A stretch of 64,000 nt of DNA. It comes from Octopus sinensis. Lineage: Eukaryota. Positions 24,945 to 36,574 of the stretch are shown piece by piece (position 1 is the first letter of the stretch; each line of letters begins with the position of its first letter). The notes under the pieces are model-generated. The model ran no database searches. It saw only the letters and a program-made list of their open reading frames with translations, and was not told where the DNA came from. The DNA lies in contig NC_042997.1 of the NCBI RefSeq assembly GCF_006345805.1, positions 198,958,001 through 199,022,000 on the forward strand, in the 5' to 3' direction. Position numbers and translations under genes: made by a program.

Positions 24945-25600
24945 ATCATCATCACCATTTAACATCTGTTTTCGATGCTGGCATGAGTAGGACAGTTTGA
25001 CAGGAACTTGCAAGTAAGAAGGCTGCACCAAATATGTCTATGAATATATATGTGTAATCAAAATCAAATCAAAACCAAATCACAATCAAATGGAAATCAT
25101 AGTTGTGGCCGATGCCAGTGCTGCCTGACTGACTCCCCGTGGCTGGTGGCGTGTAAAAAGCACCATCCGAATGTGATTGATGCCAGCCTCCCTGCCCCAA
25201 CTGTCTCCTGTGCCTCAAGCATGTAAAAATCACCATCCAGACGTGACCAATACCTGTGCCACTTGACTGGCTCCTGTGTCAGTGACACATAAAAGCACCC
25301 ACTACACTCTCAATTTTCGTTCACCAAATCCACTCACAAGGGGCTGTAGTAGAAGTCCCTTGCTCAAGGTGTCACATTGTGGGACTGAACCCAGAAACAT
25401 GCCGTTGGCAGCAAACTTCTTACCACACAGCCATGTCTGTTTTTCATGCTGGCATGGGTTGGATGATCTGATTGGATTTGATTCTCCATTTTCTCCTTTG
25501 GCATGGTCTCTATGGTTAGATGTCCTTCCTAATGCCAACCACTTTACAGCATGTACTATGTGCTTTTTTTTTTTGCTTTTTTGTACCACCAGTACAATGC
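24945..25600. mobile_element. Patchwork of family A and B SINE fragments
   Basis: Family A pieces at 24945-25030 (-), 25065-25310 (+) and 25435-25600 (-); family B head at 25305-25435 (-). Confidence 0.7.
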
Positions 25601-25852
25601 AGCTTGGAAAACTATGAAACCTGAGAGGGGTGAGGTGGTTTATACTGGGAGGTGAGAGGTTTCTTACTGTAGAAGATTTACATGGTTACTCACATTTTCG
25701 AAGAGAGAATGATTTTATTCAGGTTTGATCTCATAAGGTGGTATATGGGGCCTGTGTGTTCTACTATAGCCATAAGTCTAACATGGCTTTATTAGTGGAT
25801 TTGCAAGACTAGTGTGTGTGTCTTGGTGTTTCCTTAAAACTACATCACTTTT

Positions 25853-26178
25853 ATTGTGTCTGGGGAGAGCCATTTTCTTTTTGTGCCTTATTATGTAACA
25901 CACTCACCGGTAAAATTTCCACTTTTTTCTTATTTTTATTGCCCTAAAATTTTTGTTGCATCTGGCAACCTTTTCAATAGTTTTGACTCTATTGAAATAG
26001 TTGCAAGACGCAACTAAAATTTTAGGACAATAAAAATAAGAAAAAAGTGGAAATTTTACCGGTGAGTGTGTTACATAATAAGGCACAAAAAGAAAATGAC
26101 TCTCCCCAGACACAATAGAATATGCTTCAACATACAAACTCATATAAAGAATCTTGCAAACCAAATCCAAAAACGAAA
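25853..26178. mobile_element. TIR-less foldback element, copy 1 (264-bp hairpin plus 62-bp unique end)
   Basis: Arms 25853-~25980 and ~25989-26116 are ~94% complementary; 12-bp direct repeat tacatcactttt at 25841-25852 and 26179-26190. Confidence 0.85.
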
Positions 26179-26371
26179 TACATCACTTTTTTTTCTAGAA
26201 AATATATTAAACAAAATTGCTCAATTATTTGTGAGTTTTTCCTTTTATAAATATTTCGTTTTTTTCACTTTAACAAAGATTTCTTTTCCAGATATCTATC
26301 AAGCTTTTTCATTATCTATCTAATGTGCAGAAATGTGAATTAATCTTTCTGGAGAATCTCATTAACCTCAC

Positions 26372-26452
26372 CTTTGTTCTGAAATTGTTTAGCTCCTCAG
26401 ACGCTTTTTTACATTTATATAATACATTGAACATTCGGGTGAACTTCTCCAT
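26372..26452 (-). CDS. Candidate first coding exon MEKFTRMFNVLYKCKKASEELNNFRTK (unverified)
   Basis: ATTATGG start context, upstream in-frame TGA, donor AAG|GTGAGG. No recognised homology. Confidence 0.15.
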
Positions 26453-26657
26453 AATTATAAATCATTTATATTTCCATAGTTATTTGTATTCCATTCAGTA
26501 TTTTGTGAGCATCTGTGTTTCATTCTATTTGTAGGACACTATTGTTACATGGGACACTAGTAGCTTTTGTGTTGTTGTAATGGCAATTAGCAGAAGAAAT
26601 GGTTCACTAGGACTTCGTTAATGAATTGCATGAAACAATTCTCTGCAAAGAAATAAA

Positions 26658-26930
26658 TGCTGTGTGGAATAACAATCAATAAGCAGTAGCAAATATCAAT
26701 TGCAGAGTGAAATATGCAAGGAATTATTCATAAAATTTTAGCAATGAGATATAATTTATTTAAATTAAATATGTTCAACAAATTAACAAAGATGAAACTG
26801 CTGTGAAATAACAATTAATAAATAAGGGCAATTGTAGAGAGAAATATTTATAAATTATTCATAAAATTTTAGTGGTAGCATATAATTTCATTCAATAAAA
26901 CATCTATGTTCACCAAATGAACCAAGTGTT
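26658..26930 (+). repeat. Diverged tandem duplication, ~141-bp period
   Basis: tgctgtg.gaataacaat...aattattcataaaattttag...tatgttca.caaat.aac.aag occurs at 26658 and 26799. Confidence 0.7.
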
Positions 26931-27233
26931 GCATAACATAAGAATTTTAAACTCCCAAGTGAAATGACAAAGATCACCGTTAAATAGGAGTATAATGTAC
27001 AATTCAGCAATTATTTAGATTAAAAAACATAAAGTATTTTGTGTAATGTGATTAAATATCATTTAATAGAACTAATTATTACACATTGCTGTCATTTTAA
27101 TTTCTGTTTTGACTTGCTTATAGAAACTAGACACTGCTGAGTGGTATTTTTCTGCATTTCCTAAAAGGAAAGAGAAAGTGTAAGAACATACAGGAATTAA
27201 CATAGAGTCCTTGGATCTGTGGAGTCACTGGGA

Positions 27234-27598
27234 AAGTGCCCTATATAGCCATACATTTAGACAACACAGAGGGAGAGAGAAATATCAAAGGGTCAAATAA
27301 CAGTATATAATACTTCATTCAGCCAACAAATTTATCAAATTTTCTTCTAAAATAATTCTGGGGTCATAAGGAGACCATGCATAGTTTTCATGGTACTAAG
27401 GTGAAATTGGAACCAATTTAGTCACAATTGGAATTATTTGGTTGTTGATCCAGCACTGGATTAACTGTTGAGTAAAATAAGCATGTGTTTGGGGCATCAA
27501 GGAAAGGGAGAACACTACAGAAATGGTAAATAGTTTATGGCACAAAAGAAAACACTTTAAATTTGTTAAAGTAATATTCAGTATGCATATCTCTAAGT
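27234..27598 (+). repeat. ~360-bp local duplicate, copy 1
   Basis: High similarity to 31144-31491 in the same orientation. Confidence 0.85.
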
Positions 27599-27859
27599 AA
27601 AATATATTTTGAGGATCTGACCAAAGACTCTGCAATTACAGAAAATTTTGCAAATATAAATTAATTGGAAGTATACAAAAATAAACATTATTTGCCATCT
27701 TACTGTTAGTTTCATTTTATTTTGAAAAATAAAAATTGAATATATGGTTTATTATTGTTTATATTTTGAATTACACGCACAACATATATATATATAGATA
27801 GATAGATAGGCAGACAAAACTTACTTGGAAAAGGATGCGTGGTATTCGATCATATAATC

Positions 27860-28050
27860 ATATAATAATATAAATAATATATAAATATATACATATATAC
27901 ATACCTACATTTATATGTATATATACACGCATATATGGGTACAGGACATCAAAAAAACATTGAACACAATGAGAAACGACAATATATACGTATATATATA
28001 CATATATATGTAGGTATGTACATATAAGTATGTATATATGCATATATTTA

Positions 28051-28090
<40 letters not shown>
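27860..28090. repeat. (TA)-rich and (TAT)n low-complexity tract with a Penelope-like spacer
   Basis: Direct inspection; contains gggtacaggacatcaaaaaaacattgaacacaatgag. Confidence 0.7.
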
Positions 28091-28092
<2 letters not shown>

Positions 28093-28734
28093 GGTACTTT
28101 TAAGTGGTTAAGGCCTCTATGGGTCTGAATCCAGCCCTGTGTTTATCCCATATGTTTCTTCTAAGGGTTGTAATCCTGAAATTATTTCAGAGTAACTCAA
28201 AACTATTCTTATATTGGAATTAATTTTAATTATTGTATAACCATCAGTGTGAGTTATATAATGAACAAGAGGCCAACTGTCAGTACATATCTTTTCAAAA
28301 TTCTAAACATGTTCAGGAAATGGAGCTAAAATATATTTCTTTTGGTTGTACAGAAAAATCAGCTTTTACTGTGAAAATATTAGAAATATCAATATTGACT
28401 ATCATTTAATATTATGTCTGCATCTGTGTGAGTGTGTGTATCTATCTATATATCATTATCATCATTTTAACATCTGCTTTTCTATGCTTCAATGGTCAGA
28501 CAAAATTCCTTGGGGGAGATTTCTTATGACAGATGGTCTGTTTGTCATCAACCTTTGACTGTTTTCAAGCAATGAAATGTTTAGTCTCGTCCTTCAAACA
28601 TGACCATCTCAATGGCCAGCCATGATTTCTTAGAACACTGCAAACAAATGGTGCCATTTCCATATGAATGGTAACATTATTTGCAATCAGCTGCAATGTC
28701 AAGGCAAGAAGATACAAACATACACACATACACT

Positions 28735-28862
28735 GTTATGTATGTATGTATGTATGTATGTATGTATGTATGTGTGTGTGTGTGTGTGTGTACACACACA
28801 CATTTATTCATGTATATACTGTTGTCTACACTCTGTGTGTGTGCGTGTGTGTGTGTGTGTAA
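28735..28862. repeat. (TATG)n/(TG)n microsatellite
   Basis: Direct inspection. Confidence 0.9.
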
Positions 28863-29271
28863 GAGGTAGATAAACACAGTTAGGTTTGAGCCATATATTT
28901 ACATGGAACACAAAATGTAGATTATAAAATAAAGAAAAAGTTGATGTAATGAAAAAATATTGCATAATATCTTAATTCGACAGCTGTTTCAGGAGGTCAA
29001 GCTTATGTAATAACCATATTGATAAGTGGTATCTTTCACTTTCATCTCTTGCTTGTTTCAGTCATTTGACTGTGTCCATGCTGGGGCACTGCCTTGAAAA
29101 AATATTACATGGTATTGGTGGGATATGGGGGATATGGGCATTATGTCATAGGTGTGTAACAAGTGACAAGTCCAGATGAAATTAAGTGAATTTTGGTCTC
29201 CATTTTCATGAAGAGAGGGACAAATGCATTTATTTGCCATTATTGAAACTGCTATTGAGATACCTATTTCT

Positions 29272-29395
29272 TTACTACACACAAGGGGCTAAACACAGAG
29301 AGGACAAACAAGGACAGACAAACGGATTAAGTCGATTACATTGACCCCAGTGCATAACTGGTACTTATTTACTCGACCCCGAAAGGATGAAATAG
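29272..29395 (-). mobile_element. Family C SINE 3' half
   Basis: tacctatttctttactac...cgaccccgaaaggatgaaa. Confidence 0.85.
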
Positions 29396-30450
29396 AGATA
29401 CGACATGACAATGTTTATACCTGACATACAGATTTTCTTTGTTATCTGTATTTTATGCTCCATGTAAATATTTCTCAAGCCTACCTTGCTGTCTCCATAA
29501 CAACTCGATTTGGATTGGTCTTATAGCCATTTATGTGCCATGGGCCTGACCCTGGCTGAGGAAGCTGGAATTTAAGTTCAAATTCATTTGAGTACTACTC
29601 TGCATTATCTATATATAAGCTTATACTGCTCTCACCCACTCACTCTCTGCCTCCCTCCACCCTCCTTCGCCCTTTCTGTGTGTGTGTGTGTATGTGTGTG
29701 TGAAGTCAATGCTTTAGTTGCTTGGGATGATAGCAAAAGATACTCGTTCTTTCTACCTCACAGAGAAACTGAATCCCAAAACAAGTGGTTGTGAAACAAA
29801 CTTAAACCTTCCCCGAACGGGTCCTTCACATGCCGAACTCCACCTGGTGAAATTAATCAATTAATTTCACCCTCCATCACTGATAATTATATATATATAC
29901 TGTCATGCCTACACCTGCCTTTCTCCCCACCTCTCTCTCTTTCTCTCTCTCTCACACACATATACGCACACACGTGTGTGTGTACCATGACTCGAGTTTC
30001 AATAAAGCATATACTCTGCAACATGTATTAAGCATTTCTCTCTTTCCTTTGTGCAACACAATCTGTGTTACAATCTCTATTAGAATCTGTGCATATATAT
30101 ATACATATATATATATTATTCAAAGAAATTCCAACTCTGTCTGTTTTTTTATGTTTTATTTATGTTAATTATTAAATATATTTTCTTTTGAATTTTTTTT
30201 TCACTGTTTTTGGTTTTAAAATTCTGACTTTTAATTTAAGTTGTCAAAAATTAAACCAACTAAAAACATATTTAAAATCAAGTTTTTTTTTTAAGAATAT
30301 ATATCAATTCCTTTTTAAATAATGTAGAATATAGAATATAAATAATATATATATAGTAAAATGAAATAAAGTATTGAGTGTCTTATTGAATATATGAAAT
30401 GTTGAATATAAAATATTAAGGGACTAGTATACTTTCTTGCATTATAGCAG

Positions 30451-30491
30451 TCTTCAATGTCCCGGGTTGTGACAGGAGTGTAGATATATAT
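30451..30491 (+). CDS. Candidate small internal exon (xFNVPGCDRSVDIY), unverified
   Basis: Acceptor tactttcttgcattatagcag, donor GTAAGT, relatively GC-rich island, open in phase 1 to 0. Confidence 0.15.
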
Positions 30492-31143
30492 GTAAGTAAA
30501 AAAAGATGTGTGAAATAATCATTTGATAAACCTTAAGAAAAGAAGGAACAAAACAAACGCAATATAATCTAGAAATTGGTCCTTTTTCTTATCCTGTTGC
30601 TCTATCATTCAGTTCAAAACTGCACTAAGTCATCCCCTCTCAGTCTATAACGAAGTTCCTGTTCCTCCCCTTGTTATCATTTATCTTAATATGTAATTAG
30701 TGTCTTGTATTCTTTTCTTAATTTTGTTAGCTCTTTTTTTTTTCTTTATAAGGTCTAAAACTGATACGAAATATATTCCTCAAATTTTTCTTGTATTTAT
30801 ATCAGGGTTTATCCTGTTTAACTCCAGCTATCTGCAAGTTAATGCTTTCATTAGCTCCTCTTGTTTGCTGATAGCTGTACAAACACTTTCCACCAACAAG
30901 CACAAGCACAAATAGATACAAACGATTTTTAATTTTATAAAATGTATGATTCCACTGAGATTGACTTTGCTATCCATCCTTCCAGGGTCAATAAAATAAG
31001 TACCAGTTGAACACTGGGATTGTTGTAATCAACGTGAGCCAAAGTTTGAAATCAATGGCATAAAATGTGTAAGGGCAGCAAGTTGGCAGAAACATTAGCA
31101 TGCTAAATTGGAACCAGTTGGAATTATTTGGTTGTTGGGTAAG

Positions 31144-31491
31144 TGCTCTGTATAGCCATACAGGGGAGAGAGAATATCAAAGGGCCAAATAACAGTATAT
31201 AATACTTCATTCAGCCATTAAATTTATCAAATTTTCTTCTGAAATAATTTTGGGGTTGTAAGTAAACCATGCATAGTTTTCATGGTACTAAGGCGAAATT
31301 GGAACCAATTTAGCTGCAAATGGAATTATTTGGTTGTTGATCCAGCACTGGATTAACTGTTGAGTAAATTAAGCATGTATTTGGGGCATCAAGGAAAGGG
31401 AGAGCACTACAGAAATGGTAAATGGTTTATGGCACAAAAGAAATCACTTTAAATTTGCTAAAGTAATATTCAGGATGCATATCTCCAAGTA
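31144..31491 (+). repeat. ~350-bp local duplicate, copy 2
   Basis: Matches 27234-27598; preceded by a partial internal piece at 31104-31137. Confidence 0.85.
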
Positions 31492-31511
31492 TAGAAGCAG
31501 ATGTGTTATGG

Positions 31512-31950
31512 TGAGCTGGCAGAAACGTTAAGCACGCTGGGCGAAATGCTTAGTGGTATTTCGACTGCCATTACGTTGAGTTCATATTCCGCCCAGGCCG
31601 ACTTTGCTTTTCATCATTTCAGGGTCAATAAATTAAGTACCAGTTATGCACTAGGGTCGATCTAATTGGCTTAATCCCTTTGTCTGTCCTTGTTTGTCCC
31701 CTCTATGTTTAGCCCCTCGTGGGCAATAAAGAAATAAGAAACATCAGCATTAGCATGCTGGGTAAAATGCTTAACGGCATTTCATCCATCTTTATGTTCT
31801 GAGTTCAAATCCCACCAAGGCTGACATTGCCTTTCATCCTTTCAGGGTCAATAAAATAAGAGCCAGCTGAACACTAGCACTGGGGTCAATGTAACTGACT
31901 AGCACTCTTCCCAGAAACTGCTGGCTTTGTGCCAAAATTAGAAACCAATA
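31512..31950 (+). mobile_element. Family C SINE dimer
   Basis: ggtgagctggcagaaacgttaagcacgctgggcgaaatgc...aataaagaaataag followed by a second unit ending ccaaaattagaaaccaat. Confidence 0.85.
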
Positions 31951-32453
31951 AAACGTGTAGGTAGTGACAAAAATCATGTCAAATTAATTTTTTTTTTCTG
32001 GTTCTGGTTTCCATCATAGAAGTGACAGTTAAAGGAGGTGCGAAAAGAATTAGAGAAGCATACAGGAAAAGAAAAGCAACTAATCAGTACTTTTGGCACA
32101 GATACCGTTAGTTTTCGAAAGCAATGATCCATTTTCTTGCCAATTGATAAAACAAACACACATGTACATGTGTAGGTGTGTCCATCTATGTGTCTGTATC
32201 TTTTACTGATGTATATCAGCAAAACATGTGAAGAGCTGCAAGAAGGTGCTTTCTATATATATATATATATATATATATTAGTGTGTATGGAATGCATGTG
32301 TGTTTACATTTATGCTCCATAAAATTTGCACTCTAGAAGTACTGTTGTCACTTCTGCCAACAAATCTTGTGCTTGCTTTGCATCTTTGAGGATGATGTGG
32401 AATAAGAAACACATTGTTTGAAAAATATAACGGTTAGCAACAAAAATGGTTAC

Positions 32454-32492
32454 CTGGCTAGAGACAGTGTCTCCATAATATCTCTCTAATCT
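32454..32492 (-). CDS. Candidate 39-nt exon RLERYYGDTVSSQ (unverified)
   Basis: Long polypyrimidine acceptor ttccttttacatcaattttcatctgttagcag, donor CAG|GTAACC, only the phase 0-0 frame is open. Confidence 0.2.
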
Positions 32493-33429
32493 CTGCTAAC
32501 AGATGAAAATTGATGTAAAAGGAATGAAGAAGTACATAAATACCCACATGTGTCAAGGATGGCATGCATGAATGACGAAGCCACCTTGAGCATAATCCTA
32601 TGAACCCGGAAAAATTTAAAACAGAGTGTTACTTACTTGCAAATAAATGTTAGAATGTGACATTATTGACCAAGGTTATCGTGGTCTTTTCCATAGGCTT
32701 TTCTTTCCATGGATAAACCTTATCTTTTTTCCCCCTTTACACTTTACATCATGACATTCCTGTGATACACAATCCCTATTGATCGTTTTTTTGTTTTCTT
32801 TTTCCTTTTTTATGATCCCTTTTAATCAAATACTTACCCTACTTTTTTTTTCCCTCCCCAAAAAGAAAAGCTCTACTTTGTAATGTGTCCCGTCTGTGTT
32901 CAGTCCTGTGTGGCTAATAAAGAAACATATATATATATATATAATTCAGTGAGATAAACATCGTTTAAAATACACAATATTTATGTTAGTTTCATACTAT
33001 GGAAACACAATAATTTGGTAGATTTATACAACAGGCCTTGGTCACAAGGCATGCTGTATAAATCTGCTGAACTATCATGTTTCCATAGCATGAAACTATT
33101 AGTTGCTCTAACTTAAATACTGTGCATATTAAATTATGTATAATCCTCGTTATTTTTTATAGGTACTATACTAGCATAGTTATATCCAGCTTTCAAACAT
33201 AACCTGGTTGAATTTCCTTTGAATACTGAGTCGTTTACTTCAAGTAAGAAAGAAATATGTATTAATTTAGTGTGGAGAAAGTTATAATGGTTGAATTTAT
33301 GGCTTTGCTTAGGGTGTTATTGGCATAAACAAAGAACATTCAGTCACATGTTTCATTCAGTAAGATCATAACTACTTTCCTACATCATTTATCACATTAT
33401 ATATAATGTCATTAAAGACAGGTTATTAC

Positions 33430-33830
33430 CAGGTGAGACTTGGCTGTGTGGTTAAGAAGTTCTCTTCAAAACCTTGAGGTTTCAGGTTCATGAGAGAATT
33501 GTCTTCTACTATAGTTCAACTATTGCTGATTGAAGCTTTGTGAGTGGATTTGGTAATTGGAAAATGAAAGAAGCCTGTTATGTGCATGTGTGTCTTCCTT
33601 TCTTGACCAGGTGATGGCTGTAAACAAATGTCAGCATCAGACAAACAGTGTCATTTGTTTCTGATTGTCTGTGAAAATATGTCTGGCCATGAGGAAACAT
33701 TAATTGCATGGAAAGAGGCAAGGGTTGGTGACAGGAAGGGCATTCAGCCTTAGAAAATTTTCCTCAACAAATTACTTTGACTCATGCATGCATAAAAAAA
33801 AATTGATGTTAAAATGCTACTGCTGATGAT
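33430..33830 (+). mobile_element. Older SINE with a B-like head and A-like (GAT)n tail
   Basis: ggctgtgtggttaagaag...gtgagtggatttggt...gaaaatgaaagaagcc, then gacaggaagggcattcagcc.tagaaaa...gatgttaaaatg..gatgatgatg. Confidence 0.6.
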
Positions 33831-33864
33831 GATGAAATATCAGAATATATACTTGTATACCGTT

Positions 33865-34010
33865 ACATCTTTGCCAGCTGAGTGGACTGGAGCAACGTGA
33901 AATGAAGTGTTTTGCTCAAGAACACAACGCATCGCCTGGTCCAGGAATCGAAACCACAATCTTACGATCATGCTGCTGACACCCTAACCACTAAGCCATG
34001 CACCTCCACA
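33865..34010 (-). mobile_element. Family E SINE 5' half
   Basis: cagctgagtggactggagcaacgtgaaatgaagtg...ctaaccactaagccatgcacct. Confidence 0.82.
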
Positions 34011-34053
34011 CACACCCACATATACACATATACATATATATATATACACACAC

Positions 34054-34087
<34 letters not shown>

Positions 34088-34252
34088 ATACATATATTTT
34101 TTTATAGTGGCATAGACCACTTTATGGGGTTATCTTGGGTTTCTCACTTGTAAAGTGTATCTTCAGACGCTGAACACTACTGACCTGAGACCTCTTTAAA
34201 ATAGTGTGCTTCTCTTCTGGATTTATGTATTTCTGAAAAAGATATATACATA

Positions 34253-34313
<61 letters not shown>

Positions 34314-34539
34314 CTAATTAGTGCAGATAAATCCAGCTCTCTCTGCACAAATTGCAGTTCTTTTTGCCTTTTAGTGTTGTATGAAATAAGAGCCAACTTG
34401 ATTTATCATTAGGTTATTTATGTAATAAATTAGACAGAATCTCATGATAAATGTGTAGGTAAACTCTTGTCTAAATCATCTGATACTATACTGAAGTCAA
34501 ATCAAGGATGTGGTTTTTGAAATCTGTGTGCTATAAGGT

Positions 34540-35140
34540 TTCGTTGTCGTTAGAAATACAAGTAGCTGTTTATGAACTTGATGTAACTATCAAGCAAATA
34601 AAATACTCACCAATTGTAAATGAAGTGCCCAGTTTTCTGTTTCAGGAGAATGCTATTTGGAGATCTTTTTGTCAATATTATTCTTTGTGTGATAACATTT
34701 TTAATAATAATCATCACATTTATTAAACACAATAAACAAGATTGTCAAATGTTTCACATAAGATAAATAAAGGAATAGGTAAACAGTTTAGAGAAATATA
34801 TTTATCACAATAAATACTAATGTTGAAAATTATATTCGCTTGAGATGAAATCAAGTTTACGAAAATAGTATGTAAAATATAAACAGCTATTTCTATAATC
34901 TCTCTCAAAGAAAAATATTACATTCATATGGGCTTTAAAAACATTTATCTGCATATGTGTTGGAGAAATGTTTTTCCTGTTTTAATATCAGACAAATTAT
35001 TGATAATTTGAAATGCTATAGTAAAACAGAATTATAAACTAAAAGCAATTTATTATAAAAGAGAATATTTGGGAAAAGTGCATGAAACATTTTGTGATTT
35101 ATTTTGCATAATATTAAGGATATTTTCAGTGTGTGTGCGT
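34540..35140. repeat. Old locally repeated unit, copy C1
   Basis: Roughly 70% similar to 36900-37520 in the same orientation (e.g. ttgtcaatattat, tttatcacaataaa, gaaaatagtat.taaaatataaaca, aatatcagacaaattattgataattt). Confidence 0.8.
34723..34901 (-). CDS. Candidate terminal exon or decayed paralogue of 37099-37274
   Basis: Open frame shared with C2, same stop position, a single 3-nt indel. ATG of C2 is ATA here and an upstream TAA replaces CAA. Confidence 0.2.
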
Positions 35141-35879
35141 GTTTGTGCATATATCAATAGACAGATACCTTGTATATTGTATTAGCTTACAAACAAAAGA
35201 AATTACTATTACAAACTAATTTTTAAAACACAAATAATAACTACATTTTGTTAAAATCCTGTGACAATGGAAAAAATAATTTGAATTTTTTTTTATTAGT
35301 GGTAGATATGAGAAAGTATATTACTTTGAAATAAAGAATAACATAAACCCCCTTGAGGTGAATTTCTGCTTTAAAACAAATTCTTAGAGAATTAAGTTGC
35401 TGAAAATGATCAAAGTTCAAGTAAAAAATAAATCTTTTGTGGATTTTTAAGTCAGTAAAAGCTGTTTGTCTGAGAGTCAACCAAAGTGACAGGAACATTT
35501 GATGGAAGCTGGGTATATAGATTGATTGAATAATTACAATTTTCTATTTTCTTTTAGATAGCGTTAATTATATTTGGCTAAAAGACCAAAATGACCTGTG
35601 AAAAAAATTATCCTTGGTTGAATATTTCATGCAAAATATTCAATTCTTGCAGAAATTCTATATTTTAATCATTTAGCTTTCATTACAAAATATGCAGGAG
35701 AATCAGATTTGAAACCCTATGAAGTTGTACATGACAAACGCTCAAGTAATGGATAATAAGAGCAACCACTGAACATTAAAAGCTTTGCCTGATTGGTGAT
35801 ATTGCAGTTTCCCACTGATTCAGAAAAAGGAAGCTTTTATGGTGTTTATGAAAATGAAAATGTTCAAATCTATTTATCA

Positions 35880-36135
35880 AAAAACGAAAAGGAAAATATT
35901 ATTAGTGACTTTTAGAATATTCGACATGAATTCAATGTTTTGTGCCCATTGATATCTTCCTGTGTAAATTTCTGTCAGTTTTGATGTGCATATTAAATGC
36001 ATTCTGTTGCAAAATTTTTGCCTAAAATATCAACCGCCTGTTATATTTCCAAGAAGCAAAGCAATATTTAAAATTAGATTATATGTTGTCAATGCATACA
36101 TGCAGTTGAAGTTGTAGTACATTGGTAATATGTAA
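35880..36135. repeat. Old locally repeated unit, copy C3 (inverted relative to 36575-36800)
   Basis: About 206 aligned nt with 55 differences and no indels against the reverse complement of 36575-36790 (hand alignment). Confidence 0.8.
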
Positions 36136-36204
36136 GTATGCCACTTACATTGATATCTGCTTTGTTTACATCATTTGCTGCTCTACATTGCAATACATTT
36201 GCAG

Positions 36205-36244
36205 TAAATAATAATAATGATAATATTGATAAAGATGATAATAT

Positions 36245-36275
<31 letters not shown>

Positions 36276-36490
36276 GATAATAATTATGATAATAATGATA
36301 ATAATAATAATGATGATGATGATAATAATGATGATGATAATAATGATGATAATAATAATAATAATGATGATGATAATAATGATAATAATAATGATAATGA
36401 AAATAATAATGATGATGATAATAATAATAATGATAATAATAATAATGATGATAATGAAAATAATAATGATAATAATAATAATAATAATAA
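36205..36490 (+). repeat. Mixed (AAT/GAT)n trinucleotide microsatellite, ~285 bp
   Basis: Direct inspection; the trinucleotide phase is kept throughout. Confidence 0.95.
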
Positions 36491-36574
36491 GCAATTTATG
36501 CAATAAAGATTAGATTTTAACAATACAAATAAATTTAATCAATAATATTTCTTGTATATTACAACACGTCAACT

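Noticed and set aside
35900-36135. Frame with a TGA shared by C2 and C3 (NITGG*YF / NITGC*YF), suggesting selenocysteine or a mitochondrial-code NUMT
   Set aside because: C2 has several additional TAA/TAG stops in that frame, substitutions show no codon-position bias, and no mitochondrial protein or SECIS was recognised.
36183-36523. Poly-Ile, poly-Leu/Ser and Met/Ile ORFs over the AAT/GAT tract
   Set aside because: These are alternative frames of the microsatellite with no independent support.
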